Assembly (NCBI GenBank): GCA_001792535.1
Contig: MGGS01000002.1
Span: 7,155 to 71,154, forward strand
Reading direction: 5' to 3'
DNA length: 64,000 nucleotides
Source of the DNA: Candidatus Woesebacteria bacterium RIFCSPHIGHO2_02_FULL_42_20
GTDB taxonomy: Bacteria > Patescibacteriota > Microgenomatia > UBA8517
The notes beneath the pieces were generated by a model. The model was given only the letters and a program-made list of their open reading frames with translations, was not told the origin of the DNA and did no database searches. Shown here in pieces: positions 9,318 through 19,350 of the stretch. The translations under genes and the position numbers were made by a program. Numbering within the stretch: position 1 is the stretch's first letter; each line of letters begins with the position of its first letter.

Positions 9318-11242
9318 TGGGCAAGATAATTGGAATTGACTTGGGTACCACAAATAGTGTCGTTGCCGTTATGGAGGGTGGCCGGCCAAAAGTTATCCCC
9401 GCAGCCGATACTGGGCGGAATATTACACCGTCTGTGGTGGAGCCTGTCAAGAACTTGGTCGGGGACGTTGCCAAAAGGCAAATGATCCTAAACTCCAAAA
9501 ATACGATCTACTCTATTAAAAGGTTGATGGGAAGGCGCAAAACCGACGATGAAGTCAAGCGGACCGAAAAAATGGTTCCCTACTCGATTACTTCGGGTAA
9601 AGACAAGTCTGCGCAGGCAGGCAATATGGCAGCTGTGGAGGTTGAGGGAAAAACGTATACGCCGCAGGAAATCTCGGCGATGATCCTGGGTAAGCTCAAA
9701 AAAGACGCCGAAGCTTATCTTGGTGAAAAAGTGGAGCAGGCTGTGATTACAGTTCCGGCATATTTTGACGACAGCCAGCGTCAGGCGACTAAGCAAGCAG
9801 GAGAAATTGCGGGGCTAAAAGTTGAGCGGATAATAAACGAGCCGACTGCCGCGGCCCTGGCTTACGGCTTGGACAAAGGTAAATCTGAAAAAATTGCGGT
9901 CTATGACCTCGGTGGAGGGACATTTGATATCTCGATTTTGGAGCTTGGTGACGGCGTTTTTGAAGTCAAAGCAACAAATGGTGATACTCACCTGGGCGGT
10001 GACGACTTCGACGCGGTAGTTGTTGACTACATTGTGAGTGAATTTAAGAAAGAAAACTCAATGGACCTAACAGCTGATAAGCAGGCGTTGCAGCGAGTCC
10101 GGGACGCCGCCGAGAAGGCAAAAATAGAGCTTTCTGCGGCTTCGGAAGTCGAAATAAATCAGCCATATATTACCCAAAAAGACGGCAATCCACTTCATTT
10201 GACTATGAAGCTTACCCGGGCAAAACTTGAAAGTCTGGTCGAAGAGCTTGTAGAGAAAACTTTTAAGCCGGTCGAGGCGTGCCTTAAAGACGCCAAGCTC
10301 GACCCGCACGATGTTGACGAAGTGATCATGGTGGGGGGAATGACAAGGATGCCCAAGGTAATAGATAAGGTCAGGGAATATTTTGGCCGTGAAGCAAATA
10401 AGTCCGTCAATCCTGATGAGGTTGTGGCGGTGGGCGCGGCTATTCAAGCCGGGGTTTTGGCCGGTGACGTCAAAGACATTCTTCTGCTTGATGTTACTCC
10501 GTTGACTTTGGGTATAGAAACTCTGGGCGGTGTGGCTACACCGATGATAACAAGAAATACGACAATTCCGGCCTCAAAGACCGAGACCTTCTCAACGGCT
10601 GCAGATAATCAGACCCAAGTCGAGATTCACGTAACCCAGGGCGAGCGGCCGATGAGCGCCGACAATAAATCTTTGGGAAGGTTTATTCTTGATGGTATTC
10701 CGCCTGCTCCTCGTGGCGTGCCTCAAGTAGAAGTTGCTTTCGACATTGATGCTTCAGGGATACTCAAGGTTACAGCCAAAGACAAAGCAACAGGTAAAAG
10801 CCAGAATATAACTATCTCCGGCGCAGTTGGCCTTTCTGACGACGAGGTCAAAAGAATGCAGGAGGAAGCCGAGAAGCACAAAGAAGAGGACACTAAAAAG
10901 TCAGAATTGATAACTGCTCGAAATCAAGCCGATGCGATGGTTGCAACCGCCGAGAAAGCTCTCAAAGATGCCGGTGACAAAGTTGCCAAGGACATTAAAG
11001 AAAAAGTCGAGGAAAAGATAAAGGCAGTTAAGGAAGTAAAAGATTCCGATAAAAAAGACGAAATAGAAGCCAAAACTAAAGAGTTGTCCGAGACTTTGAG
11101 CCAAGTGGGGCAGGCAATGTATCAAAAACAAGATGACAAGAAACAGGAAACCAGTGAACAGTCAGGCGGTGATGAAGGGAAAAAGAAATCTCCAAAAGCC
11201 GGTGACAAAGCCGAAGCGGAAGAAGGCGAGGTTGTAGAATAG
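9317..11242 (+). CDS. dnaK: Chaperone DnaK
   Basis: [31 protein letters not shown] motifs. Confidence 0.99.
   Translation: MGKIIGIDLGTTNSVVAVMEGGRPKVIPAADTGRNITPSVVEPVKNLVGDVAKRQMILNSKNTIYSIKRLMGRRKTDDEVKRTEKMVPYSITSGKDKSAQAGNMAAVEVEGKTYTPQEISAMILGKLKKDAEAYLGEKVEQAVITVPAYFDDSQRQATKQAGEIAGLKVERIINEPTAAALAYGLDKGKSEKIAVYDLGGGTFDISILELGDGVFEVKATNGDTHLGGDDFDAVVVDYIVSEFKKENSMDLTADKQALQRVRDAAEKAKIELSAASEVEINQPYITQKDGNPLHLTMKLTRAKLESLVEELVEKTFKPVEACLKDAKLDPHDVDEVIMVGGMTRMPKVIDKVREYFGREANKSVNPDEVVAVGAAIQAGVLAGDVKDILLLDVTPLTLGIETLGGVATPMITRNTTIPASKTETFSTAADNQTQVEIHVTQGERPMSADNKSLGRFILDGIPPAPRGVPQVEVAFDIDASGILKVTAKDKATGKSQNITISGAVGLSDDEVKRMQEEAEKHKEEDTKKSELITARNQADAMVATAEKALKDAGDKVAKDIKEKVEEKIKAVKEVKDSDKKDEIEAKTKELSETLSQVGQAMYQKQDDKKQETSEQSGGDEGKKKSPKAGDKAEAEEGEVVE
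9604..9621. repeat. Degenerate 18-bp palindromic insertion, in frame in dnaK
   Basis: CAAGTCTGCGCAGGCAGG, 15/18 identical to the perfect palindrome CCTGCCTGCGCAGGCAGG; adds about KSAQAG. Confidence 0.55.
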
Positions 11243-11243
11243 T

Positions 11244-12119
11244 GTGGCTGCGGCAAAGGCAGATTACTACAATATTCTGGGAGTTTCAAAAGGCGCGAGC
11301 GCTGACGAACTCAAAAAAGCTTACCGAAAGCAAGCTTTAGAGTGGCACCCTGACCGGCATAAAGACGATAAGGAAGCAGCAGAAAAGCGATTCAAAGAGA
11401 TAAACGAAGCTTACCAAGTGCTGTCTGATCCTAAAAAGAAACAGGCTTATGACCAGTTTGGTCACCAGGCTTTTACTCAGGGTGGGGGTTTTGGCGGAGG
11501 AAGCCCTTTTGGCCAAGCGGGCCAATACGGGCCGTTTACTTATACTTACACGACAAACGGCGGCGGGGGAAATCCGTTTGCCAGTTTTGATTTTGGCGAC
11601 CCTTTTGACATTTTCGAACAGTTTTTTGGGGGCGGCTCACCATTCCGCCGGGCTAGAGCCAAGCCACGTTACAGTATCTCGGTTGATTTTGAGGATGCCG
11701 TGAAGGGAGTCGCCAAAGAGGTTCAGATAGAGGGTAAAAAAAGAAAGATAAAAATTCCAGCCGGAGTCGATGACGGGTCCAGAATAGAATTTGACGACTT
11801 TATTCTGTCGATTAATGTACGGCCAGATCCCAGGTTTGAGCGCGATGGCGCGGATATTTATTTTAGAGAAAGTATTGGGTTTACAACCGCGGCTCTGGGC
11901 GGGGAGATAGAGGTGCCAACTGTTGACGATACCGTGAAGTTGCGAATCCGCCCCGGGACAAATTCGGGGACGATGATTCGGCTTCGCGGCAAAGGCATGC
12001 CACATCTTCGCGGAGGCGGCCGCGGCGACCAATATGTCAGGATTTCGGTTACGGTTCCCGAAAAACTTTCCCGAGAACAAAAAAATCTTTTGGAAGAACT
12101 TCGAGAAGAAGGGTTATAA
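11244..12119 (+). CDS. dnaJ: DnaJ-family co-chaperone without zinc finger (class B / CbpA-like)
   Basis: J-domain with HPD, G/F-rich region and C-terminal domain; no CxxCxGxG repeats. Confidence 0.9.
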   Translation: MAAAKADYYNILGVSKGASADELKKAYRKQALEWHPDRHKDDKEAAEKRFKEINEAYQVLSDPKKKQAYDQFGHQAFTQGGGFGGGSPFGQAGQYGPFTYTYTTNGGGGNPFASFDFGDPFDIFEQFFGGGSPFRRARAKPRYSISVDFEDAVKGVAKEVQIEGKKRKIKIPAGVDDGSRIEFDDFILSINVRPDPRFERDGADIYFRESIGFTTAALGGEIEVPTVDDTVKLRIRPGTNSGTMIRLRGKGMPHLRGGGRGDQYVRISVTVPEKLSREQKNLLEELREEGL

Positions 12120-12128
12120 TTTGACTCA

Positions 12129-12770
12129 ATGGACTATTCAAAAATAGGAAATTCTAAAGATTTTTTGAATTTTCTTAAATATCAATACACTCCAAAACCG
12201 GGAAAAGTTCAGATACTTAAATTACCAGAGAGACATTATTTAACTTTCGACGGCAAAGGTGAATCGAAAGCCCCGCCCTTTCAAGAAGCAATTCAATGTC
12301 TCTATGCAACTGCTTACACCTTAAAAATGGGTATGAAGTTCGGAAAATTGACAAAACCTGACGGCTATTTTGATTATAAAGTTCCGGCTCTGGAAGGACT
12401 ATGGTGGTTTAAAAAAGGGAAGTTTGTCATGGGTGCAAACCTCAAAAACATCTTTTGGAAACTTATCATAATGACTCCGGCTTTTATTACCAAAGACCTA
12501 GTTGATGCTGCCAAGAAACAGGCCAAAGAAAAAAAGCAAGAGTTACCGATAGAAAAAGTTAATTTTGAAACCTTTGACGCCAAAAAGGTTATTCAGACTT
12601 TACACATCGGTCCTTACAATAAAGAAGAGGCTGCCGTCAATTTACTTCATGAGTTCGCAAAAGAAAAAGGCTTTAAAATTGCAGGACGTCACCACGAAAT
12701 TTATATGTCCGATCCTCACAAGACTCCTGAATCAAAATTAAAAACGATAATCAGATATCAAGCAATTTAA
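12129..12770 (+). CDS. GyrI-like small-molecule-binding protein
   Basis: DYKVPALEGLWW, LHIGPY, GRHHEIYMSDP...KLKTIIR. Confidence 0.85.
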   Translation: MDYSKIGNSKDFLNFLKYQYTPKPGKVQILKLPERHYLTFDGKGESKAPPFQEAIQCLYATAYTLKMGMKFGKLTKPDGYFDYKVPALEGLWWFKKGKFVMGANLKNIFWKLIIMTPAFITKDLVDAAKKQAKEKKQELPIEKVNFETFDAKKVIQTLHIGPYNKEEAAVNLLHEFAKEKGFKIAGRHHEIYMSDPHKTPESKLKTIIRYQAI

Positions 12771-12876
12771 TTTCCATTTTTTGAGGGTAATTACTATTAA
12801 TGGCATTTTTTGAAATAATGTAAGAAATAAAGATCATATTGATTTAATCCTAACTCAGGATAATCTAACTTTTGAT

Positions 12877-13713
12877 TTACACTACTCTCCAGTTTATTAT
12901 GCCTTTAATTGATCTTAACCAATCTTCAAGTTTACCCAAATCCGGTTTGTCAAAACTTTTGTTGTCGTTAATAAATTTAACTAATTTGTCATTTACTTTA
13001 CCTTCACGGTTGATTAGCAATTCCCCGGAATCTAATTGAGATAGCAAAGCCTCTGGTAAATCAAAAGTATCAGCAACATCTACTAAAGAAAATTTTCCTG
13101 TTTTAGGGTCATAAAAAATATTATCTGTGGAAAGAACTCCATAATTTAAGTCGGGTAAAAAATGATCTCTATTAAGTAAGTCAATGAGATCTTTTGCAAG
13201 AAGCTTCAGGTTGTTAATCGAACTAGGATTGTTATCCGAAAGTTGACTTAGAATTGACAATTCGTATTCCTGTTCTCCTAAAGCACTATTTGAATTTGGA
13301 AAAACTCTGCGAATTAGATCACCATCTGCTTCTTTTTGTATAAAAAAATGTTTATATGATCCATTATCTAAACTCACCGTACACACTTGCGTTGGAGGAA
13401 TATTAAAATGTTTGTACTGTTTCATATGTTGAAAACGATCCGAAATATATAAACCATATTCTTTAGTCGACTTTTCAGGAGGACGTTGATACCACGGTGC
13501 TGTTTCGGTAGGAAGAATTTTAAATCTGGGGTTATCTGGGTGAGATGTTGTCAGTTCTTGGGTATCTACAACCACCTTAACAAAATAGTTTCCTTCCAAT
13601 TTGGCATCATGTATTTTATATGTTTCACTGCGAGTTCCTGTATTAAATACCGGTTCAAGTTGACGAATATTTTGTATGATTATGTCGCCATACATTTGAA
13701 CGTGAGGTTCCAA
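12877..13713 (-). CDS. Orphan protein with protein-kinase-like motifs; possibly 5'-disrupted
   Basis: YFVKVV, FFIQKEADG, FLPDL...DNIFY...LVD in kinase-fold order; AT-rich. An in-frame ATG at 13746 is followed by TAA at codon 9. Confidence 0.5.
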   Translation of the reverse strand: MEPHVQMYGDIIIQNIRQLEPVFNTGTRSETYKIHDAKLEGNYFVKVVVDTQELTTSHPDNPRFKILPTETAPWYQRPPEKSTKEYGLYISDRFQHMKQYKHFNIPPTQVCTVSLDNGSYKHFFIQKEADGDLIRRVFPNSNSALGEQEYELSILSQLSDNNPSSINNLKLLAKDLIDLLNRDHFLPDLNYGVLSTDNIFYDPKTGKFSLVDVADTFDLPEALLSQLDSGELLINREGKVNDKLVKFINDNKSFDKPDLGKLEDWLRSIKGIINWRVV

Positions 13714-13816
13714 AGTCGTTTAATCTGACAAGTCATCAATTGTCATAATCTAAACAATAAGTAATCGTTAATAGTTACAGATTTTTCCTTAAGTTAAATT
13801 GAAACATTAACAATTC

Positions 13817-16552
13817 TCACCCCATTTGCGGATAGTGGCACTTCTTCCATTTTTTGCCACTGCCGCACCAACAGGGGTTGTTGCGGCCAAGTTTGTGTTT
13901 AGTGATTGGTGGTTGGTGACTGGTGACAGGCGCTACTCTCTCAAATGCTGGTTCTCCGGCGGCTGCGGTGACGTCTGCTCCTCCAGCCAAACCCATCATG
14001 TCGCTTCGGTCGACATTTTCCCTTGCCTGCTCAAGCGGAATTTCCTGCTGGGGAGCGGCGACAAAAAGTCTGAAAACCCGCCTGGATAGTTCGTCATCAA
14101 TTCGGCCTAGCAACCCTTCGAAAAGTTCGTAAGCTTCATTTTTAAACTCTACCAACGGATCACGCTGACCATAAGCACGAAGATTAATACCTTCTCTAAG
14201 GTCATCTATCCTGTCTATATGCTCTATCCACATGTGGTCAATCGCACCCAAGTAAGCATATTTCTCTATTTGTCTCATGGCGGTATCGCCAACCTGTTTT
14301 TCGCGGGCTTCGTGGACGTCGTCAATCACCTTGAGCATAAACTCTCTGATCTGGTTGTGACTGCCTTGTTTTTGAATATTACTTTCAATTCTTTTTCGCG
14401 ACTCGTCGTCAAACGGCACAATTTCGGTGAGCATGATAACGGCTTTTTCATGATCAAAATTTCCACCCGTGTCACTTGAGGTTGCCGAAAGTATTTTCTC
14501 AACCTGGACACTAAGTTTATCCATGACTTCCTCGCCTACATTGTTTGTCTCTAATATTTTCCTGCGGAGTTTATAAATAATGTCCCGTTGCTGATTGGCA
14601 ACATCATCAAATTCTACCAAGCGCTTTCTGATGTCAAAGTGAAAACCTTCCACCTTTACCTGTGCCTGTTCAATGGCGCGACTGATTAGCCGATTTTCAA
14701 TCGGTTGATTTTCAGGGAGGTTTAGTCTATCCATGATCCCTTTGATCGCTTCACCACCGAATATTCTCATCAGGTCGTCCTCAAGAGACAGGTAAAAAAG
14801 TGACGATCCCGGGTCACCCTGTCGGCCGGAGCGGCCCCGAAGCTGATTATCAATTCTTCTCGATTCGTGCCGCTCGGTGCCAATTACATGCAGACCTCCT
14901 GCATTAATTACTTTCTCATGATCACTTTTCCACTTTTTATAGTCGCCAGTCGCCAGATAATCTTTTTGGTCAATTCCGCTTTCGCGCACAGGCATTGCTC
15001 CTCCCAAAACAATATCGACACCGCGCCCCGCCATATTTGTAGCTACAGTTACTGCCCCCGGATTGCCTGCCTGGGCAATTATTGACGCCTCCCTCTCGTG
15101 ATTTTTGGCATTAAGCATATTATGGGGAATCTTTTTCTTTTTTAAGTAACTGGCAATAATTTCATTTTTTTCAATCGAAGTTGTTCCGACCAACACGGGC
15201 TGACCTTCGTTGTGACGTTTCTGAATTTCTGCTACGATGGCTCCGTACTTCGCTCGAAGTGTTTTGTAAATAGTATCCTGCAAGTCAGAACGGACCATGG
15301 GTTTATTCGTCGGCAAAACAACTACATCCAGGTTGTAAATCTTTTTGAATTCATCTGCCTCTGTTGCTGCCGTTCCCGTCATCCCGGAAAGGTGGTCATA
15401 CATGCGAAAGTAATTCTGAAAAGAAATCGTCGCCAGGGTTTTACTCTCTCTTTGTATCGCAACCTCTTCTTTGGCCTCAACTGCCTGGTGGAGCCCGTCG
15501 CTCCAGCGGCGGCCAAACATCAATCTTCCTGTAAATTCGTCAACAATAGTAACTTGACCTTCTTTAACGATATAGTCTTTATCTCTAATATAGAGTGACC
15601 TTGCCCGAAGCGCGTTTTCAATATGATGAATCGACTCATAATCTTTTTCGTACAAATTATCCACGCCCAGCAACTTCTCCACCTTTGTTATGCCGTGCTC
15701 GGTCAAAGTCGCCGATCTGGATTTCTCGTCCACTTCATAATCGGTGTCTGAATTAAGCCCCTTTACAATATTGGCGAACTTAAAATATTTGTCCGTAGGA
15801 TCCGTATCCGGAGCCGAAATAATCAAAGGTGTTCTCGCCTCGTCAATTAATACCGAGTCCACTTCGTCGACAATTGCAAAATAGTGACTGCGTTGGACCA
15901 TTTGGTCAATCGAGGTCACCATGTTATCGCGAAGATAATCAAACCCAAATTCATTGTTTGTCCCATAGGTAACGTCTGCAGAGTACACTTGCTTCCTTTC
16001 GGCCGGCACTAGGTGTGCAAGCCGCTCATCGCCATGGCCCGGATCGTTGAACTTAGGATCGTATAGATAAGATTTGTTTTCCTGAATAATGACACCTGTG
16101 GTCAGCCCCAGGAGGTCAAATATCGGCGCATTCCACCCGGCGCCGATTCTTGCCAAGTAGTCGTTGACCGTCACCAAATGAACCCCTTTTCCGGTCAGGG
16201 CCCGTAGGTATAATGCGGGGACAGCCGATAATGTTTTCCCCTCACCGGTTTTCTGCTCGGCGACTTTCCCTTCGAACAAAGCAATTGAGGCCATTAGCTG
16301 AACGTCAAAAGGTCGTTGACCTAGAGTTCTTACCGCGGCCTCGCGGACTAAAGCAAAGCTATGGGCAAGAAGTGACTCAAGAGGTTCCCCGTCCTCGATT
16401 CTCTTTTTGAGCTCCTGGGTTTTCCGGGGAAAGTCCTTAACTCTAAATTTTTTATATTCAGGCTCGAGACCGTTGATTTGCTCAACAAGTTTGGAGAGCC
16501 TGCTTATTTCTTTCTGGTTTGTGTCCAGCAGCTTCGAAAAGAATTTGAGCAT
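13817..16552 (-). CDS. secA: Preprotein translocase ATPase SecA
   Basis: TGEGKT, AIVDEVDS, TNMAGRG, QLRGRSGRQGD and a C-terminal SEC-C motif (GRNNPCWCGSGKKWKKCH). Confidence 0.99.
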   Translation of the reverse strand: MLKFFSKLLDTNQKEISRLSKLVEQINGLEPEYKKFRVKDFPRKTQELKKRIEDGEPLESLLAHSFALVREAAVRTLGQRPFDVQLMASIALFEGKVAEQKTGEGKTLSAVPALYLRALTGKGVHLVTVNDYLARIGAGWNAPIFDLLGLTTGVIIQENKSYLYDPKFNDPGHGDERLAHLVPAERKQVYSADVTYGTNNEFGFDYLRDNMVTSIDQMVQRSHYFAIVDEVDSVLIDEARTPLIISAPDTDPTDKYFKFANIVKGLNSDTDYEVDEKSRSATLTEHGITKVEKLLGVDNLYEKDYESIHHIENALRARSLYIRDKDYIVKEGQVTIVDEFTGRLMFGRRWSDGLHQAVEAKEEVAIQRESKTLATISFQNYFRMYDHLSGMTGTAATEADEFKKIYNLDVVVLPTNKPMVRSDLQDTIYKTLRAKYGAIVAEIQKRHNEGQPVLVGTTSIEKNEIIASYLKKKKIPHNMLNAKNHEREASIIAQAGNPGAVTVATNMAGRGVDIVLGGAMPVRESGIDQKDYLATGDYKKWKSDHEKVINAGGLHVIGTERHESRRIDNQLRGRSGRQGDPGSSLFYLSLEDDLMRIFGGEAIKGIMDRLNLPENQPIENRLISRAIEQAQVKVEGFHFDIRKRLVEFDDVANQQRDIIYKLRRKILETNNVGEEVMDKLSVQVEKILSATSSDTGGNFDHEKAVIMLTEIVPFDDESRKRIESNIQKQGSHNQIREFMLKVIDDVHEAREKQVGDTAMRQIEKYAYLGAIDHMWIEHIDRIDDLREGINLRAYGQRDPLVEFKNEAYELFEGLLGRIDDELSRRVFRLFVAAPQQEIPLEQARENVDRSDMMGLAGGADVTAAAGEPAFERVAPVTSHQPPITKHKLGRNNPCWCGSGKKWKKCHYPQMG
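13895..13929. repeat. Heptamer tandem array inside secA
   Basis: gtgttta-gtgattg-gtggttg-gtgactg-gtgacag; encodes PVTSHQPPITKH. Confidence 0.8.
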
Positions 16553-16615
16553 CTTTATATATTACCTCAAATTGACTGTGAAGTCCCAATATATTACTAT
16601 TAATGAGATTAAAGG

Positions 16616-16855
16616 ATGCAGATTAAGTCAAAATTGGCTGCGTTTGCTGTGGTTATCTTCTGGTTATCGGTATTTGGGTTCTTAGCCTTTCACGATAGCC
16701 TTGAAAATTCCTGTCTGGAGGGAGAAACCAAAGCTTGCCTGCCGCCGGAATTTTTGCCAATTGTGATGGTCCTCATTTTTATTTCTTTCTTCTTTGTATT
16801 TTGGCTGTTTTTTTGGAAAGCGCGTGGGAATGCCTACCGACAAACATTATATTAG
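16616..16855 (+). CDS. Small two-TM hypothetical protein
   Basis: Two hydrophobic helices with a Cys pair in the loop; TTGACT-17-TACTAT upstream; overlaps the 3' end of the convergent gene. Confidence 0.5.
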   Translation: MQIKSKLAAFAVVIFWLSVFGFLAFHDSLENSCLEGETKACLPPEFLPIVMVLIFISFFFVFWLFFWKARGNAYRQTLY

Positions 16856-17486
16856 CTTCGGGATGAACAACTTGAACACTATCAAAAACCTTTTCAAGTT
16901 TTGTTAAAAATTTCATGGCTAAAGGTTTTTTTTCGCCATAATAAAGTCGATTAAAAATAGCGGTTCCTTTTGCTGACAAAACCTTTTTCACCAAGTTTAT
17001 AAACTTTGTAGTTTCAAATTTTTGAGGATAGTGGTCGCCGGTGTATAGATCAGTACAAACAAGGTCATAGTGACGGGTGACAGGTGACTGGTGACTCGTG
17101 AGAAATTCAAAAGCGTCATCAACAATTATATTTACGGCACAGTCTTCAAGTTTCAAATACTTCTTCCCAAGTCCTATCATAATCGGGTCGATATCTACCC
17201 CTGTGATTTTGGCGCGGGGAAAGTTTTTTCTGACCAATTTCGCAATTGTCCCCCCTCCCAATCCGAGGATCAGAACACTTTGGAAGTTTGGAAGTTTGGA
17301 AGTTTGGAGTTTTTTAAATGTGCTTTTCCACACCGCCTCTACAACTCCGCCGGACTGGGTGAGCCCCCCGGCTTGAATATGGGTTTTCCAGGCAAAGTCG
17401 TACTTAACTACAATATGCCCGTTAATCGGCGAGTCCGCCTCTTCCAAAATCCTCACCCCAGCCAAAAAATTCTGCAATTTCTCCAT
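16779..17486 (-). CDS. Spermidine-synthase-like class I SAM-dependent methyltransferase
   Basis: VLILGLGGGT, ITGVDID, IIVDDAFEF, YDLVCTD. Confidence 0.85.
   Translation of the reverse strand: MEKLQNFLAGVRILEEADSPINGHIVVKYDFAWKTHIQAGGLTQSGGVVEAVWKSTFKKLQTSKLPNFQSVLILGLGGGTIAKLVRKNFPRAKITGVDIDPIMIGLGKKYLKLEDCAVNIIVDDAFEFLTSHQSPVTRHYDLVCTDLYTGDHYPQKFETTKFINLVKKVLSAKGTAIFNRLYYGEKKPLAMKFLTKLEKVFDSVQVVHPEANIMFVGRHSHALSKKTAKIQRRKK
17070..17104. repeat. Heptamer tandem array inside the methyltransferase gene
   Basis: gtgacgg-gtgacag-gtgactg-gtgactc-gtgagaa; encodes FLTSHQSPVTRH. Confidence 0.85.
17279..17309. repeat. Octamer tandem repeat (TTTGGAAG)x3 plus a partial copy, in frame
   Basis: tttggaag x3 then tttggag; encodes KLQTSKLPNFQ. 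Confidence 0.85.
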
Positions 17487-17489
17487 CTA

Positions 17490-17927
17490 CTAATAATTAC
17501 CACCCTGAAAATACATTTTAGGAGTAATGACTTTTATCGGCTTAATAAATTTCTCAACTTTTTCATTCAAAAAGTGTTTTCTGTCCAATGTAAATAGACA
17601 ACCTGACTTTGATACTTTCGCTTGAGACAAAATAACTGCATCCTTTTTAACAATAACCATTTTTGCCTTTGAAATGTCTCTAACATTTGGTTCGATATCC
17701 AATATTATTAGTTTTTCAACTAGCCTGAAAAATCTACCAAGATGATAGCTTTCAAGTTTGTGTCTTACGTTTCTTTCAACTTCCGCCAGGACAACCTTCG
17801 AGGTGACTAACTTTAGTCCGCGGATTGTAAAAAGCTTCGATCACCCACCTGTTGGGGAATAGACAGCGGAAAATAGAACACTTGAATCAAGAAAAGCGAT
17901 TTTTAAAGCTCGTCTTCTTTTAGCCAT
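17490..17927 (-). pseudogene. PIN-domain (VapC-like) toxin with an in-frame TGA at codon 29
   Basis: MAKRRRALKIAFLDSSVLFSAVYSPTGG*SKLF...VLAEVERN...KDAVIL...LFTLDRKHF; stop at 17841-17843, frame otherwise intact. Confidence 0.8.
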
Positions 17928-18160
17928 TCTTTAATCTCGGAATTGGGAAAAATACGGGTATATTTGGAAAGCCTTGGGTCGATATAAGTTTTACCAAAAA
18001 CTTTTGCCACAGCCTTTCGCAGTCTGTCCAAATAATTTATGTCAACAATGGCAGCTTTAGCATTGCCTCCCTTTGTCAATATAAAATATTTCTCGCCCGA
18101 GACTTTCTCTGCTAATTCCCCCAGTATGCTTCTTGCCTTGGTGACAGGAATGATATTCAT
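17903..18160 (-). CDS. Phd/YefM-family antitoxin
   Basis: IIPVTKARSILGELAEKV...ILTKGGNAKAAIV; upstream of and overlapping the PIN gene; start at ATG 18160. Confidence 0.85.
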   Translation of the reverse strand: MNIIPVTKARSILGELAEKVSGEKYFILTKGGNAKAAIVDINYLDRLRKAVAKVFGKTYIDPRLSKYTRIFPNSEIKEWLKEDEL

Positions 18161-18166
18161 AACCAA

Positions 18167-18228
18167 ACTTTAACAATATAAATGTACAATGTCAATAATA
18201 GCGTAACAAAAAATGTACATGTTATAAT
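18167..18228. promoter_or_regulatory. Divergent promoters with two TGTACA operator palindromes
   Basis: Minus strand: TTGACA-17-TAAAGT-6-ATG. Plus strand: TATAAT 18223-18228. AAATGTACA at 18180-18188 and 18211-18219. Confidence 0.65.
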
Positions 18229-18246
18229 ACCACCCATAAATCAAAA

Positions 18247-19284
18247 ATGTCAGTTACCGAAACCGAACAGCAAATTTGGGGCAGATTACTTACTGTTAGT
18301 CCACGAGGATTTCTACAATGGAAAGAAGACATTTATCCAGGATTTGATGCGAGAAACGTCCCGGAAAGATTTGTTTATTTGACTGGTGGTCTAGCTGCAT
18401 TTGATGAGTACGAATTTGACTTTGCGCCTGCAAAATTAAAGCATGAAGGCCAAAACGAATTCACCACTAAAGAAAAAGAAACAGATATTAGAGGACTTTT
18501 TAGAACTTTGGATTTGTTTCAAATAGAATTTACAGAACCTAGAGAAATTTTATTAGTCGGGTCGTACAACCAGGACGGGTTGTTTTTGACTATCGGATTG
18601 TGCAAAAAAAAAGGGTGGAACGGGTCCCACATAACGCTAGTTGATCAATCAGATACTGTTTTGTCGCTACTAAGTGTAATGGGGGAAAATGGTTACTACG
18701 ACTGGCAAGCTGGAGTAACCCTCATAAAATCGGATATTACTGATTACAAACCTAAAGTTCAACCCGATATTGTTTTCGGAGATATATTGAATACCTGGAT
18801 GACTAGAGAATATAGCTGTCCAAGTTCAGCATCGGCAAAGTCACCATATAATGATTTCGAAGCATACCTAAGATATACAGCAACTAACATCAAACCCAAC
18901 GGATGGTTTTTCTCCAGATGTATGATTTTTCCAGACGATCAACAAAGTTTTGCTGCAAATAGACGGTCAACTTCTAATGTTGGTAATAGAGTCGACACTG
19001 TTTTAAATCGAATCGGAACACATTTTGAAGAGGTCGACAAACAGGCTCTCTCTGAAAACCTTGATGAGTTGTTTATTAACACACACACCACATCTTATTG
19101 TGGATTATCTTTGCTTCGACCACTTTATAAACCTTTTTCGACTCTAACCGGCCCGCATGCTGAGGAGGTATTTATCAGATTACATAATCGCAATTTCAAC
19201 GTAGTTCACAGAATAAAAGTTACACATCCCGAATCCGGCTTTGTTTTTCTAAACTTTGCTTGCCAGGGGAGAAAAACCCCTTAA
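18247..19284 (+). CDS. Hypothetical protein with a divergent class I methyltransferase-like fold
   Basis: EILLVGS, ITLVDQS, LIKSDITD, PDIVFGD, IKPNGWFF in Rossmann MTase order. Confidence 0.55.
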   Translation: MSVTETEQQIWGRLLTVSPRGFLQWKEDIYPGFDARNVPERFVYLTGGLAAFDEYEFDFAPAKLKHEGQNEFTTKEKETDIRGLFRTLDLFQIEFTEPREILLVGSYNQDGLFLTIGLCKKKGWNGSHITLVDQSDTVLSLLSVMGENGYYDWQAGVTLIKSDITDYKPKVQPDIVFGDILNTWMTREYSCPSSASAKSPYNDFEAYLRYTATNIKPNGWFFSRCMIFPDDQQSFAANRRSTSNVGNRVDTVLNRIGTHFEEVDKQALSENLDELFINTHTTSYCGLSLLRPLYKPFSTLTGPHAEEVFIRLHNRNFNVVHRIKVTHPESGFVFLNFACQGRKTP

Positions 19285-19350
19285 TACAAAAATTGTCCCT
19301 TTACTTCGCATTTTGTTCGCCTACTGTGCAGGTAAAGTTTATAATAAAGT

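Noticed and set aside
11125-11165. Weak 7-periodic tract in the DnaK C-terminal tail
   Set aside because: Too degenerate to separate from ordinary low-complexity coding sequence.
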